Source: an uncultured Acidimicrobiia bacterium | GTDB taxonomy: Bacteria > Actinomycetota > Acidimicrobiia > IMCC26256 > JAENVU01 | DNA: 64,000 nt | Reading direction: 5' to 3' | Assembly: GCA_963835005.1 (NCBI GenBank) | Contig: CAWIEA010000001.1 | Span: 70,336 to 134,335, forward strand | Shown here: positions 43,177-54,104 of the stretch, in pieces | Layout of the letters: each line of letters starts with the position of its first letter | Numbering within the stretch: the stretch's first letter is position 1 | Program-made: the position numbers and the translations under genes | Notes under the pieces: generated by a model | Seen by the model: only the letters and a program-made list of their open reading frames with translations | What the model was told of the DNA's origin: nothing | Databases searched by the model: none

Positions 43177-44353
43177 CTACGGGACGGTGACGGGGACGTT
43201 GCTGTAGCCGGCGACGTTCGACATCTGGACGCGACGCAGGCCGTCCTCGACCACCGAGTACTCCGGCCAGCGCTTGGCGATCTCCTCGAACGCGATCCGG
43301 CTCTCGAGCCGGGCCAGCGCCGCACCCAGGCACGAGTGGATGCCGTGCCCGAAGCCGACGGCGAGGGACGGCGGCCGGGAGATGTCGAAGCGGTCCGGGT
43401 CCTCGTACGGCGCGCTCGTCGCGGTTCGCGGCGCCGGTGAGGAGCAGCACCGGCACGTCGTCCGGGATCGTGACCCCGTGCCACTCGGACGCCTGCCGGG
43501 TCCGGCGCCCCTGGTACTGCGACGGCGCCCAGTAGCGCAGGATCTCCTCGATCGCACCCGGGAGCTCGGCGTCGGGATCGGCGAGCACCTTGGCCCACTC
43601 CCCCGGGTTCCGGTCGAACAGCACCACGCCGTTCCCGACGAGCTTCGTCACCGTCTCGCTGCCGGCGCCGCCGATCAGCGTGCCGAACCCCGCGACCTCT
43701 TCGTCGGAGAGCCCGGTCTCGATCAGGCCCGAGAGCATGTCGTCGGTCGGGGTGCGCCGCTTCTCCCGCGCCAGCTCGAGCAGGTACACGACGGTGTTGA
43801 GCCCCGCTTCCATGCCCGCCTGCGTCGGCTTCGCGATCCCCGGCTCACGGTGGAGCATCGCGTCGATCCAGTGCCGGATCTGCTGGCGCTCACCTTCCGG
43901 GACGCCCAGGATCTCGCAGATGACCTCGACCGGGAACGGACCCGCGAAGTCGGCCGTCAGGTCGAACGACGGCTCGCCGACGAGCGGGTCCAGGTAGCCG
44001 CAGATCAGGCGGCGGATCATCGGCTCGAGCTCGGCGACCGCCTTCGGGGTGAAGACGCGGCTCACCAGCTTCCGCAGCCGCTCGTGGTCGGGCGGGTCCA
44101 TGAAGATGATCGAGCTCATCGCGAGGTCGCCGAGGCCGTCGGCCGCGAGCTGGTCGAGCGTGATGCCCTTCGTGCTCGTGAACGTCTGCCAGTCGCGGCT
44201 GGCGAGGATGACGTCGTCGTAGCGCGAGAGGGCCCAGAAGCCATACCGCTCGTTGAAGTACGTGGGCCGTTCGTCACGCAGCCAGCGGTAGGTGTCGTAC
44301 GGGTCCTCGAAGAAGTCGTCGGAGAGCGGGTCGAACTCCATCACGACGTCCAT
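43177..44353 (-). CDS. cytochrome P450 (frameshift near 43410)
   Basis: MDPPDH, AGSET, EEILR, FGHGIHSCLG heme ligand. Confidence 0.93.
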
Positions 44354-44375
44354 GGGCAGTGTCCCTCCGAGCGGT

Positions 44376-45861
44376 TCAGAGCCTCGCGGTGTTGACGTTC
44401 TCGCTCGTCGTCACCGTCACCTGACGGCCGACGAGCTCATCGGTCTCCGCTGCGTCGAGCAGATCGGCGTCCGCCATCCTCGCGTACCCCCGGGTGCCGT
44501 CGCCGACGTCGCAGATCGCGACACCCCACTCGGGCCCGCCCTCACGACCGTGGACGACCGAGTAGGCGGCGACGGTCGCGGACCCGGCGAACGTGTCGGT
44601 GATCGGGAGCGCCGGCTGCTCGGGCGACTTCCCGGGCGGGACGGGCGCGGTCTCGCCGGGCTCGGTCGAGTACACGCCGTACACGTGCTTGGTCATGTGC
44701 ATCCCGACGCCGCTCACCACGCCGAGCGATCCCGGATCCTCCCGGAGCACACGCGCCATGGTCGCGATCGAGTGGGTGAGGTAGTCGCTGCCCGCGCCGC
44801 CGTGGTACGGCAGACCACCGGTGACCGTCAGCGGCCGCGGGTCGTCGGCCGCGATCCCCAGTGCGTCCCGGGCGAAGTTCACCGACGAGGCGAAGCACGA
44901 GTAGAGGTCGAGGTGGGCGACGTCGTCGATGCCCGCGCCGGCCATCCCGAGCGCGGTGTCGGCCGCGTACCCGAGCGCCGGCGACCGCCACATGTCGGGG
45001 TGCTCGGCGACGTAGATCGGGTCCTTCGCGTAGCACCAGCCCCGCAGGTAGACGCGCCGATCGGCGGGCACACCGAGCGCGTCGGCCGCTTCGTGGCTCG
45101 TCAGCACGAGGGCGCCGGCCATGTCGACGTCCATGATCGAGACCATGTACTTCGTGTACGGGTAGCCGACCATCCGGTTGGTCGGGCTCGCAGTGACGAT
45201 CTCGTCCGCCGAGCGGGCGATCGGGAACCAGGCCTCGGGGTTGTCGGCCGCAACGCGCGTGAAGCGCTCCCACTGCCCGCCGAGGTCGGCGCGGTACTCG
45301 TCGAGTGGGATGCCGAGACGGGCACGGCACGCGTTGTCGAAGATCGCGAACGTGAGCCAGGCCTGGAAGACCTCGTGCGCGACCTCGGCCGGATGGAACG
45401 GCGCCTCCCACGGGAACGGCCGCTTCTCCTCGGGTTTGAACGAGTACGGGTAGCGCTCGCCCCGCGCCTTGTACCTCCGCTGCGTCGCGAGCGACTCCGC
45501 GCCGACGACCATCGCGACGTCCAGCTCGTTCGCGACGATCCGCTCGGCGAGCTCCTGGAGCAGGAGCTGCGGGGTGGTCCCGCCGATGCCGGAGTAGAAG
45601 CGGCGCTTCGGGTCCACACCCAACCGGTCGGCGAGGCGGCCGGCGGGGTCGTCGTACTGCCAGGTCTGCGTGTAGACGACGTCGAGGGCGTCGAGCCGCT
45701 CGAGCACCGCGGCTCCCCGCCCCGAGTCCTTGGCCGCGGCCCGCGCGACCTCGTCCCACATGACGAGCGGCTCGGGCGCACCCTCGTCACCGACCTCGTC
45801 GGGGTGCCAGGTCCGGGTCGCGACGCCGATCAGGCACGGCGAGCCGCGGATCCACCCTCAC
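44376..45861 (-). CDS. thiolase-like (acetyl-CoA acetyltransferase family) protein with C-terminal extension
   Basis: GIGGTTPQ, NRMVGYPYTK, DLYSCF, TVTGGLPYHGG; 5' frameshift. Confidence 0.85.
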
Positions 45862-45964
45862 GCTCCCGAGCCTTCGGCTCGGACCGACAACCCACTCCTC
45901 GGCGAACCGCTTCGCGGTCTGCTCGGCTTCGAGTCGAGCGTGCGGTCCGCTCCGCTCGGCGCCA

Positions 45965-46774
45965 CTACTTGCCCTGCCAGCGAGGCGGACGCTTCTCGGT
46001 GAACGCCTTCGGGCCCTCCTTCGCGTCCTCGGTCTGGAAGATCATCGAGGACAGCGCCGACTCGTTCTTGTACGCGTCCTTCAGGTGCATGCCGAGGCCC
46101 TCCCACACGCTCTGCTTCGTGGCCTGGACCGCGAGCGGCGCGTTGGCGGTGATGCGACGCGCGTACTCGTACGCCTTGTCGAGCAGCTCGTCGCGCGGGA
46201 CGACCGCGTTCAACAGCCCCATCTCGTAAGCGCGGTCCGCCGGGATCAGGTCGGCGCAGAGGAGGAATTCCATCGCGAGCGGGAACGGGATCTGGCGGGG
46301 CAGGCGCACCGTCGTCCCGCCGCCGGCGAACAACCCGCGCTTCGGCTCCATGACCGCGAACTTCGCCTCCGGACACGCGACCCGGATGTCGACGCCGCCG
46401 AGCATCTCCATCCCGCCCGCGGTGCAGAACCCGTTGACCGCGGCGATGATCGGCTTCCAGATCTTCGCTCCGCGGAGCACCGCCTTCGTGCCGTCGTCGA
46501 GGCGGTAGCCGTCGATCTCGGTGAGCCCCTTCTCTGCGATCTCCTTCTGGTACTTGGTGATCTCGGGGACGTACCGCTTCAGGTCGGCGCCGGTGAAGAA
46601 CGCGTCGCCGACGCCCGTGACCACCGCGACCCACGCGTCCGCGTCGGCGTCGAAGCGCTCCCACGCCTCCCGGAGGAGCTTGAAGTGCTCCATGTCCGCA
46701 GAGTTCCGGGCTTCGGGTCGGTCGATGGTGATGCGGACGATGTGCTCGTCGTCGAGGTCGTAATGGATCGGCAT
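45965..46774 (-). CDS. enoyl-CoA hydratase/crotonase
   Basis: FFTGADL, KPIIAAVNG, GGMEM, EPKRG, AFTEKRPP. Confidence 0.92.
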   Translation of the reverse strand: MPIHYDLDDEHIVRITIDRPEARNSADMEHFKLLREAWERFDADADAWVAVVTGVGDAFFTGADLKRYVPEITKYQKEIAEKGLTEIDGYRLDDGTKAVLRGAKIWKPIIAAVNGFCTAGGMEMLGGVDIRVACPEAKFAVMEPKRGLFAGGGTTVRLPRQIPFPLAMEFLLCADLIPADRAYEMGLLNAVVPRDELLDKAYEYARRITANAPLAVQATKQSVWEGLGMHLKDAYKNESALSSMIFQTEDAKEGPKAFTEKRPPRWQGK

Positions 46775-46934
46775 CCCTGACACGGTAGTCAGGTCCGCGA
46801 AACCGCTCCGGAGCACGCTGCGTGGCCGATTCCGAGGCCCGCGAACGCACCCCGCGCTCGATTCGTCAACGCTCCCTCGACCGCGCACGAATTGCCACCA
46901 CTCCCGCCCCGAGTGGCGCGATCGTGAACAGTGG

Positions 46935-47114
46935 ATGGACGACACGCTCGCCCTGCTGGTGGTGACCCGGGCGCTGGTCGAGTCGTACCCGAGCTGGACC
47001 GACGAGCACGGCACGAACGTGGAGCAGCTCGCCACCATCGCGGTGGCGGCGCTCGCGGACCACGGCCTGCTGGTGACGTCCCCCTCCGACCCGGTGTCGG
47101 CGCTCGGCTCGTGA
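46935..47114 (+). CDS. small hypothetical protein (59 aa), not in the ORF track
   Basis: MDDTLALLVVTRALVESYPSWTDEHGTNVEQLATIAVAALADHGLLVTSPSDPVSALGS; strong GC3 bias. Confidence 0.55.
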   Translation: MDDTLALLVVTRALVESYPSWTDEHGTNVEQLATIAVAALADHGLLVTSPSDPVSALGS

Positions 47115-47173
47115 ACCGCGTCGTGCCACCACCACGCAGGAGGACGCACGCCGACTGCTGTAGGTTTCGCGCG

Positions 47174-47632
47174 GTGCGGATCTCGGCGAAGGCTGACTAT
47201 GCGGTTCGGGTCGCAGCCGAGCTCGCGGCGGGCCCCGCGAAGACGCCGATCAAGGGCGAGAGCCTCGCGAACGCGCAGGACATCCCGCTGAAATTCCTCG
47301 AGAACATCCTCGGGTCGCTGCGGACGGCAGGCATCGTCGCGTCCAAGCGCGGCGCGGAGGGCGGCTACCTGCTCGCCCAGCCGCCCGCCGCGGTGACGGT
47401 GGCCGACGTCATCCGCGCCGTCGACGGGCCGCTCGGCGCGGTGCGGGGCGAGCGGCCCGAGGACCTCGCGTACCCCGGCCCCGCCGCACGCGTCGTCGAC
47501 GTCTGGATCGCGGCCCGGGCGAGCCTCCGGTCGGTGCTCGAGCACGTGACGCTGGCGGATCTCGCCCACGGCAAGCTCCCGGCCAAGATCGAGAAGATGG
47601 TCGCCGACCCCGAAGCCCGCCACCGTCGATGA
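47174..47632 (+). CDS. Rrf2 family regulator without Cys ligands (CymR-like)
   Basis: MRISAKADYAVR, FLENIL, SKRGAEGGY, VIRAVDGP. Confidence 0.9.
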   Translation: MRISAKADYAVRVAAELAAGPAKTPIKGESLANAQDIPLKFLENILGSLRTAGIVASKRGAEGGYLLAQPPAAVTVADVIRAVDGPLGAVRGERPEDLAYPGPAARVVDVWIAARASLRSVLEHVTLADLAHGKLPAKIEKMVADPEARHRR

Positions 47633-47681
47633 GCGCAGCGGGGGCCGAGCGCCCCGGCCCGCAGGGCCGAGAGCGGGCACG

Positions 47682-48422
47682 ATGAGCGCAGTCGAGCTCG
47701 ACGATCACGAGCTGGCGGCCCGCGTCGCGTACGACGCCGGCCGGCTCCTGCTCGAGATCCGGACCACGAGCACCGACCCCGCCGAGCTGCGGGCCGCGGG
47801 CGACGCCCAGGCGAACGTCCTCATCCTCGAGGCCCTGGACGCGGCCCGGCCGGACGACCCGATCCTCTCGGAGGAGTCCGCGGACGACTCGTCACGGCTG
47901 ACGTCCTCCCGGGTCTGGATCGTCGACCCGCTCGACGGCACCCGAGAGTTCGGAGAGGGCGACCGGGAAGACTGGGCGGTCCACGTGGCGCTCGTCATCG
48001 ACGGGGTCGCCGAGATCGGCGCGGTCGCGCTCCCGGCCATGAACCTCGTGCTCTCGACCCAGCCCGCACCGGAGCTCGCTCCCCCGTCGGGGGGTCCGCC
48101 CCGGCTGGTGGTCAGCCGGACCCGGCCGCCCGCGGTGACGGACCGGATCCAGGCCGCGCTCGACGCGGAGCTGGTCCCGATGGGATCGGCCGGCGCCAAG
48201 GCGATGGCGATCGTCCTCGGCGCCGCCGACGTGTACGCCCACGCCGGCGGTCAGTACCAGTGGGACTCCGCCGCGCCGGTGGCGGTCGCCCGCGCCGCGG
48301 GCCTCCACACGTCCCGGATCGACGGCAGCCCGCTCCGGTACAACGAACCCGACCCATCGCTCCCGGACCTGCTGATCTGCCGCTCCGAGCTGGCCGACGC
48401 GGTCATCGCCGCCGCGAGCTGA
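47682..48422 (+). CDS. cysQ: 3'(2'),5'-bisphosphate nucleotidase
   Basis: LSEE, WIVDPLDGTREF, WDSAA. Confidence 0.9.
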   Translation: MSAVELDDHELAARVAYDAGRLLLEIRTTSTDPAELRAAGDAQANVLILEALDAARPDDPILSEESADDSSRLTSSRVWIVDPLDGTREFGEGDREDWAVHVALVIDGVAEIGAVALPAMNLVLSTQPAPELAPPSGGPPRLVVSRTRPPAVTDRIQAALDAELVPMGSAGAKAMAIVLGAADVYAHAGGQYQWDSAAPVAVARAAGLHTSRIDGSPLRYNEPDPSLPDLLICRSELADAVIAAAS

Positions 48423-48645
48423 GCGACCGCACTCCGGCCGTCGACGCGACGACTCGGCGCCGTTGCTTCCGGCCCGACCCACGCGAGACCCGGGTCGCTC
48501 GGGGTGTGGCGGAGGCCTCCCACCTCGGATTTGATCCGAACGGCCCCCTCAAGACCGCCCTGCAGCGGGTCGAAGGGGCGTGGAGAGGGGCTACTCTTGA
48601 CCCTCCTGTTCGGGCGGGTCCGGCGATCGTGGAGGTAGCGGGAAA

Positions 48646-49554
48646 GTGGCAGACACCACCGTCTCGCATCTCGACGCGCTCGAAGCCGAGTCGATCCACA
48701 TCTTCCGGGAGGTGGCCGCCGAATTCGAGCACCCCGTGCTCCTGTTCTCGGGCGGCAAGGACTCCGCGGTGATGCTCAAGGTCGCCGAGAAGGCGTTCTG
48801 GCCCGCGCGCATCCCGTTCCCGCTCATGCACATCGACACCGGCCACAACTTCGGCGAGGTCCTCGACTACCGGGACCGCCGGGTCGCCGAGCTCGGCGCG
48901 GAGCTGGTCGTCGGCTCCGTCCAGGCCTCGATCGACTCCGGTCGGGTCACGGAGGAGAAGGGTCCGAAGGCCATCCGCAACCGGCTCCAGAGCGTCACCC
49001 TCCTCGACTCGATCGAGGAGCACGGGTACGACGCCGTCTTCGGCGGGGGCCGCCGTGACGAGGACAAGGCGCGCGCCAAGGAGCGCGTCTACTCGTTCCG
49101 CGACGAGTTCGGGCAGTGGGATCCGAAGAACCAGCGGCCCGAGCTGTGGAACCTGTTCAACGGCCGGCACCGCAAGGGTGAGCACATCCGGGTCTTCCCC
49201 ATCTCGAACTGGACCGAGATGGACGTGTGGCAGTACATCGAGCGCGAGGACATCGAGCTGCCGTCGATCTACTACGCGCACCGCCGCGAGGTCTTCCGCC
49301 GCGACGGGATGCTGCTGGCCGTCACCGACTTCGTCACCATCCAGGAGGACGAAGAGATCGAGGAGATGGTCGTGCGCTTCCGCACCGTCGGCGACGCGAC
49401 GTGCACCGGCGCCGTCGAGTCGCCCGCCGCGAACCCGGCCGACGTGATCATCGAGGTCGCCGCCTCCCGCATCACCGAGCGGGGCGCCACGAGGGCCGAC
49501 GACAAGTTCGCCGAGGCCGCGATGGAAGACCGCAAGAAGGAGGGCTACTTCTGA
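48646..49554 (+). CDS. cysD: sulfate adenylyltransferase subunit 2
   Basis: [31 protein letters not shown]. Confidence 0.96.
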   Translation: MADTTVSHLDALEAESIHIFREVAAEFEHPVLLFSGGKDSAVMLKVAEKAFWPARIPFPLMHIDTGHNFGEVLDYRDRRVAELGAELVVGSVQASIDSGRVTEEKGPKAIRNRLQSVTLLDSIEEHGYDAVFGGGRRDEDKARAKERVYSFRDEFGQWDPKNQRPELWNLFNGRHRKGEHIRVFPISNWTEMDVWQYIEREDIELPSIYYAHRREVFRRDGMLLAVTDFVTIQEDEEIEEMVVRFRTVGDATCTGAVESPAANPADVIIEVAASRITERGATRADDKFAEAAMEDRKKEGYF

Positions 49555-50810
49555 TGGAGCTCCTCCGGGTCGCCACCGCAGGGTCCGTCGACGACGGCAA
49601 GAGCACGCTCATCGGGCGCCTGCTCCTGGACAGCAAGCAGATCTTCGAGGACCAGCTCGAGGCGGTCGAGCGGACCAGCCGCGAGAAGGGGTTCGACTAC
49701 ACGAACCTCGCGCTCCTCACCGACGGCCTCCGGGCCGAGCGGGAGCAGGGCATCACGATCGACGTGGCGTACCGCTACTTCGCGACGCCGCGACGGAAAT
49801 TCATCATCGCCGACACCCCCGGCCACGTGCAGTACACGCGCAACATGGTCACCGGCGCGTCGACAGCCGACCTCGCGATGATCCTGCTCGACGCGCGCAA
49901 GGGCGTCCTCGAGCAGTCACGCCGCCACGCGGTGATCGCGTCGCTGCTGCAGGTGCGCCACCTCGTGCTCTGCGTCAACAAGATGGACCTCGTCGACTAC
50001 GACCAGCAGACCTTCGAGCGGATCAGCGACGAGTTCACGGAGTGGGCCGCCAAGCTGGCGATCCCGGACATGACGTTCATCCCGATCTCGGCGCTCCACG
50101 GCGACAACGTCACCCAGCACTCCCCCAACACGCCGTGGTTCGGCGGACCGACGCTGCTGCACCACCTCGAGCACGTCTACATCGGGTCGGACCGCAACCT
50201 CATCGACGCGCGCTTCCCCGTCCAGTGGGTCGTGCGGCCGATGTCCGACAAGTGGCACGACTACCGCGGGTACGCCGGCGAGGTCGCGGGAGGGATCTTC
50301 CGGCCGGGCGACGAGGTCATGGTGCTGCCGTCCGGCCTCACCTCGACGATCGCGGGCATCGACCTCTACGGCGAGGAGCTCGAGGAGGCGATGCCGCCGC
50401 AGTCGGTGACGCTGCGCCTCTCCGACGACCTCGACGTCAGCCGCGGGAACATGATCTGCCGGCCGAACAACGCGCCGACGGCCACGCAGGAGATCGACGC
50501 GATGGTCTGCTGGTTCAGCGAGAAGCCGATGCAGGAGCGCGGCAAGTACGTGCTCAAGCACACGACCCGCAGCGTGAAGTGCCTCGTGCGCGACCTGCAC
50601 TACCGGCTCGAGGTCAACTCCCTCCACCGGGACGAGACGACGTCGTCGCTGGCGATGAACGACATGGGCCGCGTGTCCCTCCGGATCACCGAGCCGCTGT
50701 TCGTCGACGAGTACCGGCGCAACCGCACCACCGGGTCCTTCATCCTCATCGACGAGGGCACGAACGAGACGGTCGGCGCGGGCATGGTGCTCGGCGCGAC
50801 CGGGACCTAG
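49554..50810 (+). CDS. cysN: sulfate adenylyltransferase subunit 1 (GTPase)
   Basis: [30 protein letters not shown]. Confidence 0.96.
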   Translation: MELLRVATAGSVDDGKSTLIGRLLLDSKQIFEDQLEAVERTSREKGFDYTNLALLTDGLRAEREQGITIDVAYRYFATPRRKFIIADTPGHVQYTRNMVTGASTADLAMILLDARKGVLEQSRRHAVIASLLQVRHLVLCVNKMDLVDYDQQTFERISDEFTEWAAKLAIPDMTFIPISALHGDNVTQHSPNTPWFGGPTLLHHLEHVYIGSDRNLIDARFPVQWVVRPMSDKWHDYRGYAGEVAGGIFRPGDEVMVLPSGLTSTIAGIDLYGEELEEAMPPQSVTLRLSDDLDVSRGNMICRPNNAPTATQEIDAMVCWFSEKPMQERGKYVLKHTTRSVKCLVRDLHYRLEVNSLHRDETTSSLAMNDMGRVSLRITEPLFVDEYRRNRTTGSFILIDEGTNETVGAGMVLGATGT

Positions 50811-50824
50811 TCCCGAGCGCCACG

Positions 50825-51424
50825 ATGGCGGACGCGTCGCAGAGTCCGAACGTCGTCTTCCACGCGGGCACCGTCACGCGCGAGCGGCGCTGGGAAGCGA
50901 CCGGCACTCGCGGCGCGACCGTCTGGCTGACCGGGCTCTCGGGCTCGGGGAAGTCGACCATCGGCGTCGCGCTCGAGGAGCTGCTCGTCTCACGCGGGAT
51001 CCCCGCGTACATGCTCGACGGCGACAACCTGCGGCACGGCCTGAACGGTGACCTCGGCTTCTCCGAGGCGGACCGGGCCGAGAACGTGCGCCGCGCCGGC
51101 GAGGTGGCCTGCCTCTTCGCCGACTCCGGCATGGTGGCGATCGTCCCGTTGATCAGCCCCTACGTCTCCGACCGCGACCGCGTCCGCCGGCGCCACGAGG
51201 ACGGCGGCCTGCGCTTCGTCGAGGTCTTCGTCGACACGCCGCTCGAGGAGTGCGAGCGCCGGGACCCGAAGGGCCTCTACAAGCTGGCCCGGGCCGGCGA
51301 GCTGACCCACTTCACCGGGATCGACGACCCCTACGAGCCCCCCGCCGCCCCCGAGCTCCATCTGACCCCGGGACCGACCCCCGAAGGCGCGGCAGCCACG
51401 ATCGCGGCCATGCTGGAGGGGTGA
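50825..51424 (+). CDS. cysC: adenylyl-sulfate kinase
   Basis: [26 protein letters not shown]. Confidence 0.95.
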   Translation: MADASQSPNVVFHAGTVTRERRWEATGTRGATVWLTGLSGSGKSTIGVALEELLVSRGIPAYMLDGDNLRHGLNGDLGFSEADRAENVRRAGEVACLFADSGMVAIVPLISPYVSDRDRVRRRHEDGGLRFVEVFVDTPLEECERRDPKGLYKLARAGELTHFTGIDDPYEPPAAPELHLTPGPTPEGAAATIAAMLEG

Positions 51425-51499
51425 GCGCAGGGGGCGACGGTTGGGGACACGGTCGGAACGCGGGCGGGACCGTGGGCTCGGGACAGGATCGATGAGGGC

Positions 51500-52153
51500 G
51501 TGGGATCGATGAGGGCGTGGCTCCGGAAGCCGATCGTGGTCGGCACGCTGGCCGCCATCATCACCGCCGCGATCGGCGTGACCGCGATCCTGCTGATCGC
51601 CGACGCGATCGGGGGTGACGACGCCTCGGCCGCCAAGGGCGCCGAGGTCGCCGTCTCCACCACCCACTCCCGCCCCTCGACTCACCGGTCCACCACCACG
51701 ACCACCGCCACCGGCGGCTCGGCCGCCCTCGCGACCACGACGACGACCGGGGTCCCGGCCGGCCCGAGCGGCGCCGGGACGCCCACGCCGTCGCCCACGC
51801 TCCCCGACACGCCGGACGACGACGGGCCGGACCCGCCCGACCCCCGGGACGCGTTCCAAGCCGGCTCCGTCGCGCCCGGGATCTCGGTCTCGATCGGCTC
51901 GTGCACCTGGTCCCCCGCCGCAGGCGGGACCCTCCGGGCCACCGGGACCATGAGCTACACCGGCCCCGAGGACACCTTCTGGGACCTGGAGATCAGCTGG
52001 GTGGTGAACAACCAGGGTCAGGACGAGGAGCTGGATTCGGCGTCCGACGTCTACGATCTGGTCTCCGGCCAGACCATCAGCTGGGACCTCTCCACCACCA
52101 CCGAACAACCGACGCCCCCACCGAACCTTCGCTGCGCGCATGCAGTGAGCTAG
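51500..52153 (+). CDS. membrane-anchored protein with Thr/Pro linker and C-terminal two-Cys beta domain
   Basis: N-terminal TM helix; SIGSCTW...LRC. Confidence 0.7.
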   Translation: MGSMRAWLRKPIVVGTLAAIITAAIGVTAILLIADAIGGDDASAAKGAEVAVSTTHSRPSTHRSTTTTTATGGSAALATTTTTGVPAGPSGAGTPTPSPTLPDTPDDDGPDPPDPRDAFQAGSVAPGISVSIGSCTWSPAAGGTLRATGTMSYTGPEDTFWDLEISWVVNNQGQDEELDSASDVYDLVSGQTISWDLSTTTEQPTPPPNLRCAHAVS

Positions 52154-52167
52154 CCCCAGGGGCGTGC

Positions 52168-52992
52168 ATGGCTGACAACGGATCGAAGCGCCGGCCGGCC
52201 TCCCGGGCGCGGATGTGGACGGCCGACCTGCGGGGCGCAAAGCAGTCCGCGGGCAAGTCGCGACGGGAGCCCACACCGGTCGCACCGGTCACGGCGCCGG
52301 TCAGCAGAGCCGAGGAGCCGTGGGTCACCGGCACTCCGCCCGGCGCGCAACGGGTTCCCGGCATCGACGAGGCCCCCGATGCCAAGTACGTCGACCCCAC
52401 GGTCGCGAGCCCCTGGCGCCCGGTGCTCATCGGCGTCGGGATCGGCCTCGTCGTGACCGCGCTTGCGGGCGCGATCGTCTTCGGCACGCGCTCCACCGAC
52501 GACTCGACCGCGCAGCCCGGCCCCGCGACCAACATCACCCGGCCGACCTCGACGACCCGGGCGGACGCGACCACGACCACCACCGGCGTCGCCACCTCGA
52601 GCACGACGGTCGCGCCCGCTGTCGCCCCCGCGACCACCCCGGCGACCGCGGCCCGCGCCGCGACTCCGCCGCCCACCCCGCGTGCCACCGCGAACCCCTC
52701 CCTGCCGCTCTACGTCGACCAGGCGCTCCCGCACGGCGTGACCGCGAGCATCGGGGCGTGCGCGTGGCAGACCGCGAACGGAGGGCAGCTGGTCGCCTCC
52801 GGGACGGTGACGAACTCGCCGACGACCAACAAGCCGTGGACGCTCACGATGCACTGGCTCCAGGCCCGCCGCGAGCTCGCGCAGGCAAGCGTCGTCGTGC
52901 CGATGGGGGCCGGGCAGTCGAAGCCGTGGTCGATCACGACGCGGATGCCGAACCCGCCACCCGACCTGATCTGCTCGCTGTCGGCGTCCTGA
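52168..52992 (+). CDS. membrane-anchored paralog of 51500-52153
   Basis: TM helix; Thr/Pro linker; SIGACAW...LIC. Confidence 0.7.
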   Translation: MADNGSKRRPASRARMWTADLRGAKQSAGKSRREPTPVAPVTAPVSRAEEPWVTGTPPGAQRVPGIDEAPDAKYVDPTVASPWRPVLIGVGIGLVVTALAGAIVFGTRSTDDSTAQPGPATNITRPTSTTRADATTTTTGVATSSTTVAPAVAPATTPATAARAATPPPTPRATANPSLPLYVDQALPHGVTASIGACAWQTANGGQLVASGTVTNSPTTNKPWTLTMHWLQARRELAQASVVVPMGAGQSKPWSITTRMPNPPPDLICSLSAS

Positions 52993-53112
52993 TGCCCGAG
53001 TCGCTCCGGGGCTCCCGCACTTCGGGTCGTTCCGGGACCGTCTTCCGCCCCTCCGCTCCCGCCCGCGTTCGCGCACGTCACGATCCCACGGCGCGCGCCT
53101 CAGCGAGTCCGG

Positions 53113-54042
53113 CTACTCGGGCTGGGTCCGGAGCCAGTCGACGTAGTGGCGCAGGCCCTCGGCGAAGGGCACCGCGGGCGTCCAACCGAAGTCCCGGCGT
53201 GCCGCGCTCGCGTCCGCGCACGCGCGGGGGACGTCGCCCGCCCGGGTGTCCTCGAACACCGGGTCCGGGGCGTGGCCGATGATCTCCCCGAGGTGGTCGA
53301 GCAGCTCGAGCAGCGTCGAGCTGCTGCCGGGGGCGATGTTGTAGACGTTGCCGCTGACCGCAGCCGGAGCGCCGGCAGCCGCCACGTTCGCAGCCACGAC
53401 GTCGCTCACGTAGGTGAAGTCGCGGGTCGTCGAGCCGTCGCCGAACACCGTCGGCCGCTCACCCCGCAGCAGCGCCGTCGCGAACAGGGGGATCACGGCG
53501 GCGTACGTGGCATCCGGGCGCTGCCGCGGCCCGAAGACGTTGAAGTAGCGCAGCGCCACGGTCTCGACCGGGAACAGACCGGGGAAGCTCCGCACGTACC
53601 ACTCGGCCGCGAGCTTGCTCACCGCGTACGGCGACCGCGGGCGCAACGGCGCCGACTCGGGCGTCGGGACGATCTCGGCACCGCCGTAGACGCTGCTCGA
53701 GGATGCGAACACGACGCGGCGGACGCCCGCGTCACTCGACTCCTTCAGGATCGCGAGGGTGCCGTGGACGTTCACGGTGTCGGTGGTCAGCGGGTCGAGC
53801 ACCGAGCGCGAGACCGCGCCGAGCGCGCCCTGGTGGAACACGAGCTCGGTGCCGGCGACGGCCGCGGCAACGGTGTCGCGGTCGGCGAGCGACCCGACCA
53901 TCAGCTCCGCGTCCGGGTGGACGTTCTCCTTGCGCCCGTTCGAGAGGTCGTCGAGGACGCGGACCCCGTGCCCGGCCGCGACCAGCGAGTCGACCAGGTG
54001 CGAGCCGATGAACCCGGCACCGCCGGTGACGAGCACCTTCAT
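53113..54042 (-). CDS. NAD-dependent nucleotide-sugar epimerase/dehydratase
   Basis: TGGAGFIGS, SSSSVYG, YAVSK, RYFNVFGP. Confidence 0.92.
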   Translation of the reverse strand: MKVLVTGGAGFIGSHLVDSLVAAGHGVRVLDDLSNGRKENVHPDAELMVGSLADRDTVAAAVAGTELVFHQGALGAVSRSVLDPLTTDTVNVHGTLAILKESSDAGVRRVVFASSSSVYGGAEIVPTPESAPLRPRSPYAVSKLAAEWYVRSFPGLFPVETVALRYFNVFGPRQRPDATYAAVIPLFATALLRGERPTVFGDGSTTRDFTYVSDVVAANVAAAGAPAAVSGNVYNIAPGSSSTLLELLDHLGEIIGHAPDPVFEDTRAGDVPRACADASAARRDFGWTPAVPFAEGLRHYVDWLRTQPE

Positions 54043-54104
54043 GGGGGCCGGACCGTAGCAGTCCGAACCTGACGCTCCCGTCACGTCCACGCGAGACTGC
54101 GCCC

